Origin: Saccostrea echinata
Lineage: Eukaryota
Assembly (NCBI RefSeq): GCF_033153115.1
Contig: NW_026889777.1
Coordinates: 15,872,001 to 15,936,000, forward strand
DNA length: 64,000 nt
Direction: 5' to 3'
The position numbers and the translations under genes were made by a program. Below, piece by piece: positions 61,501 through 64,000 of the stretch (positions within the stretch are counted from its first letter, which is position 1; each line of letters starts with the position of its first letter). Below the pieces are notes generated by a model. It saw only the letters and a list, made by a program, of their open reading frames with translations. It was not told the DNA's origin and searched no databases.

Positions 61501-63179
61501 AGAGAATTTTTTACTTCAATTTGAGCAATTATAATCATGATGTTTTATCCATTCACTTGTCATAATCAAAATGAGCCGCGTTTGAAATTTAAAGACTATC
61601 AACTTGAAGGTATTTAAATTATTGATCTACATCAACATTTTTTTATATTTGATACGCTCAAATTATGTTTTGTAATTTAAAAAAAAGGGAGATAATTGTA
61701 GTAATATATTCCAAATGTCCTCAAACACACCTTTAAGAACCGAATCATAACCATTACCTATTGGGATTATCGATAATATCAAATTTTTAGCCCTACCCTA
61801 TATAGATCAGCACGAATGCCAACTTTACTGGCCTTTCTTCGTTCTGTTCGCTGTATGATCTGCACAACAAAAGGGACGTCTCCGTATACATCAACACCTA
61901 CAACGAATTTAAACAAATACTAAATTTTTATGTAGTTTATGATGGCATAATTCTGTCCCCTACATCCAAGATAAATTACGTCAACTTACGAGAAAAGTAT
62001 GCCAACACGCAAGATAATTATACCTACATGTAAGATAATTATATCACATGCATGATAATTATGTCTATATGTAAGATAGTTATATCTACATGCAAGATAA
62101 TTATGCAGACATGCTAGTTATCCTTTAGGGAAATTCATACTGGAATTAGAATTAACCCATATTAAAATTAAATTCTCTATTTTAAAAAAAAAGATGCATC
62201 GATGACGTTTTATCAATTAACAATATTCATTTTCATTCCTGCGATTATTCAGTATCCCATTGAACTGGAAATAAAAGACATCGCAGAGAATGACATACAT
62301 ATATATTGTTTACGGATTTTTTCTGTTTATCCGATCTTATGACAAGGAGCAGGTGTGACCGATCGACATTGGATGGTCACTTCTCCATGGCATCTGATCC
62401 TACCTCTCTTTTCAGAGGTTCATGCTTACCCTGTTCACAATCTGTAGTGTTTAATTGAAATTTTGAGCATGATTACTGCACGTTCATTATCTTCACATTT
62501 CATTAATACACCAGGGAAAGGAGAGATTTAGTTGAATAGTATATACATTAATTTAAATATTTAATTCAGTATTTAAACCATTTGCTTACTTGCTTCATCA
62601 ACTGCAAACTGAAACTTTGGATTGTTTATTTTCTCTCTGAATCCTGCGGCCTCTTTGCCCTCCCATTTCCCATAAAGAGATGTACAGTATTCTTTGAATA
62701 AAGAAATATTTGAAAAAGTCTATATTCGTGTCTTTTTTTTTTGTTATCTTTGAATAAAACTTCTGAAACAACCATTATTTTTAATNNNNNNNNNNNNNNN
62801 NNNNNNNNNNNNNNNNNNNNNNNNNNNNNNNNNNNNNNNNNNNNNNNNNNNNNNNNNNNNNNNNNNNNNNNNNNNNNNNNNNNNNNNNNNNNNNNNNNNN
62901 NNNNNNNNNNNNNNNNNNNAAGTAAAGCTTTACTGAATGCTACTTGTTTTATTTTTTTTTTCAATCTCATTTAAAAAAAAAAAAGAATGAATGATTTGAA
63001 TAATTTAAGACTTACTAAGGTTGTCTGAAGACCCATCTCTGTCAAAGTCAGGTGTGATATGACAGATTGTAACAGTTGTAAAGAAATAAAGAAAATGTTC
63101 CAGTGAAATGTAAAACTCCCCATCATTTTTGTTAGGGGCCTCAATAAAGTACTTTGGTAGACTTTTCCATTCGTCACTC
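58567..63179 (-). CDS. Atypical calpain, C-terminal part (end of CysPc plus two C2-like domain III); gene continues beyond the right edge
   Basis: Exons 63179-63016, 62691-62590, 61897-61797, 61398-61190, 60700-60642, 60477-60370, 60171-60104, 59839-59610, 58585-58567 splice in frame. Motifs NDGEFYISLEHF..ICHITPD, GKWEGKEAAG..NNPKF, LKPGRYVCIPST...EFLLRLYS, GQWTAGSNAGG..FHTNPQL, LLSGDYL. Stop after QTYQME. Confidence 0.9.
61965..62112. repeat. Degenerate ~21-bp tandem repeat
   Basis: Recurring AAGATAATTAT...ACATG units. Confidence 0.65.
62230..62505 (+). mobile_element. Penelope-like 3' remnant
   Basis: YPIELEIKD-like coding remnant and the GGTGTGACCGATCGACA..GGCATCTGATCCTACCTCT motif. Confidence 0.55.
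62786..62919. other. Assembly gap (N run) inside a calpain intron
   Basis: Run of Ns. The flanking exons are phase-compatible. Confidence 0.98.
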
Positions 63180-63434
63180 CTATAAATCAGGACTCTTATT
63201 TCACATTCATTTTAATGATGATCACCTTATTAAATACAAGGGGGTAGAGTAATTCTGTATTGTGGTACATGTATCAAATTATTTTTTTAACATTCATTGT
63301 ACAATTAAAGATACAACTGGGGCACTCTTTCATTCTAAATGTATCAAAGTAATTTTTTTTTATTCGTTGACTTAGAAAACCTGAATATATGAATTGTCTA
63401 CAAGTTTTAATGTAATTGGTGATCTCTCGATCTC

Positions 63435-63436
<2 letters not shown>

Positions 63437-63491
<55 letters not shown>
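63437..63491. repeat. Compound (CT)n(AT)n microsatellite
   Basis: Directly visible in the sequence. Confidence 0.95.
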
Positions 63492-64000
63492 TAGAGATGG
63501 CAATCGAATACAGAATTGCCAATCGGTTAACCGCTAGACGTTCCGACCGATTAATCGGTTAATCGTATCAAAAATTATCGACATATTTCTTCATTGTAAG
63601 CTCTATTAAAAAAAATGTTACATATAGTAAATAAATATTACCGGCATGTTTATAATTTATCAGATATATACATTATTTCATTATACATTATTTTAATTTT
63701 AATAAGAGGGAGAGAAAGAAAGAAACCCATTGAATATGCTTGAAGTATCATTTACATTAAAAAAAAAAAATTCAGAAGAGATGTCGTGCAAATTCATTCT
63801 GCATTGTCACCATTATCAAAAATAAGTCCGAACTATCACTTAATTTACAATGTTTATTTAATAGGCAAATATTATTTGATAGGTAACGGCAAAGGATAGA
63901 AGAGGTAAGGTACACATTATAATCAGTTCACAGTACTCAACGATCATTTAATTTAAAACAAGACAGGTTGGGTAACGACATGGTGTTTACACAACAATTA
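63492..64000. mobile_element. Probable hAT-like MITE left end
   Basis: Starts TAGAGATGGCAA with AACCG/CGATTAATCGG subterminal motifs. The right end is not visible in the window. Confidence 0.4.

Noticed and set aside
62626-62974. ORFs spanning the N run
   Set aside because: They are artefacts of the assembly gap; the real calpain exons lie in other frames.

Overview
AT-rich, intron-rich animal DNA, most likely from an oyster or other bivalve. This is inferred from the ~166-bp Cg170/BIV160-type satellite carried in Helentron-like elements and from Penelope-like and Kolobok-like repeats. Seven protein-coding genes were reconstructed exon by exon with consistent splice phases: TARBP2/PACT-like (-, runs off the left edge), RPP25-like Alba (+), a single-coding-exon F-box/LRR gene (+) followed by a decayed partial duplicate, an ALO/GULO-family FAD oxidase (+), STK16 (-), DCTN2 (+), and an atypical calpain with two tandem C2-like domains and no EF-hands (-, runs off the right edge). 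The most striking element is a family of miniature LTR retroelements (TRIMs) whose LTRs carry a tRNA-like Pol III promoter. One complete copy (46821-47171) has TG..CA LTRs, a tRNA-His-type PBS, a PPT and an ATAT TSD. Further copies lie in the first introns of TARBP2 and RPP25L. Other highlights are a minisatellite built from STK16's own exon-2 splice acceptor, a Ginger-like DNA element with a 5-bp TSD that interrupts an exon-like segment, and a higher-order satellite repeat in an intron. All family assignments come from motif recognition, not database searches.
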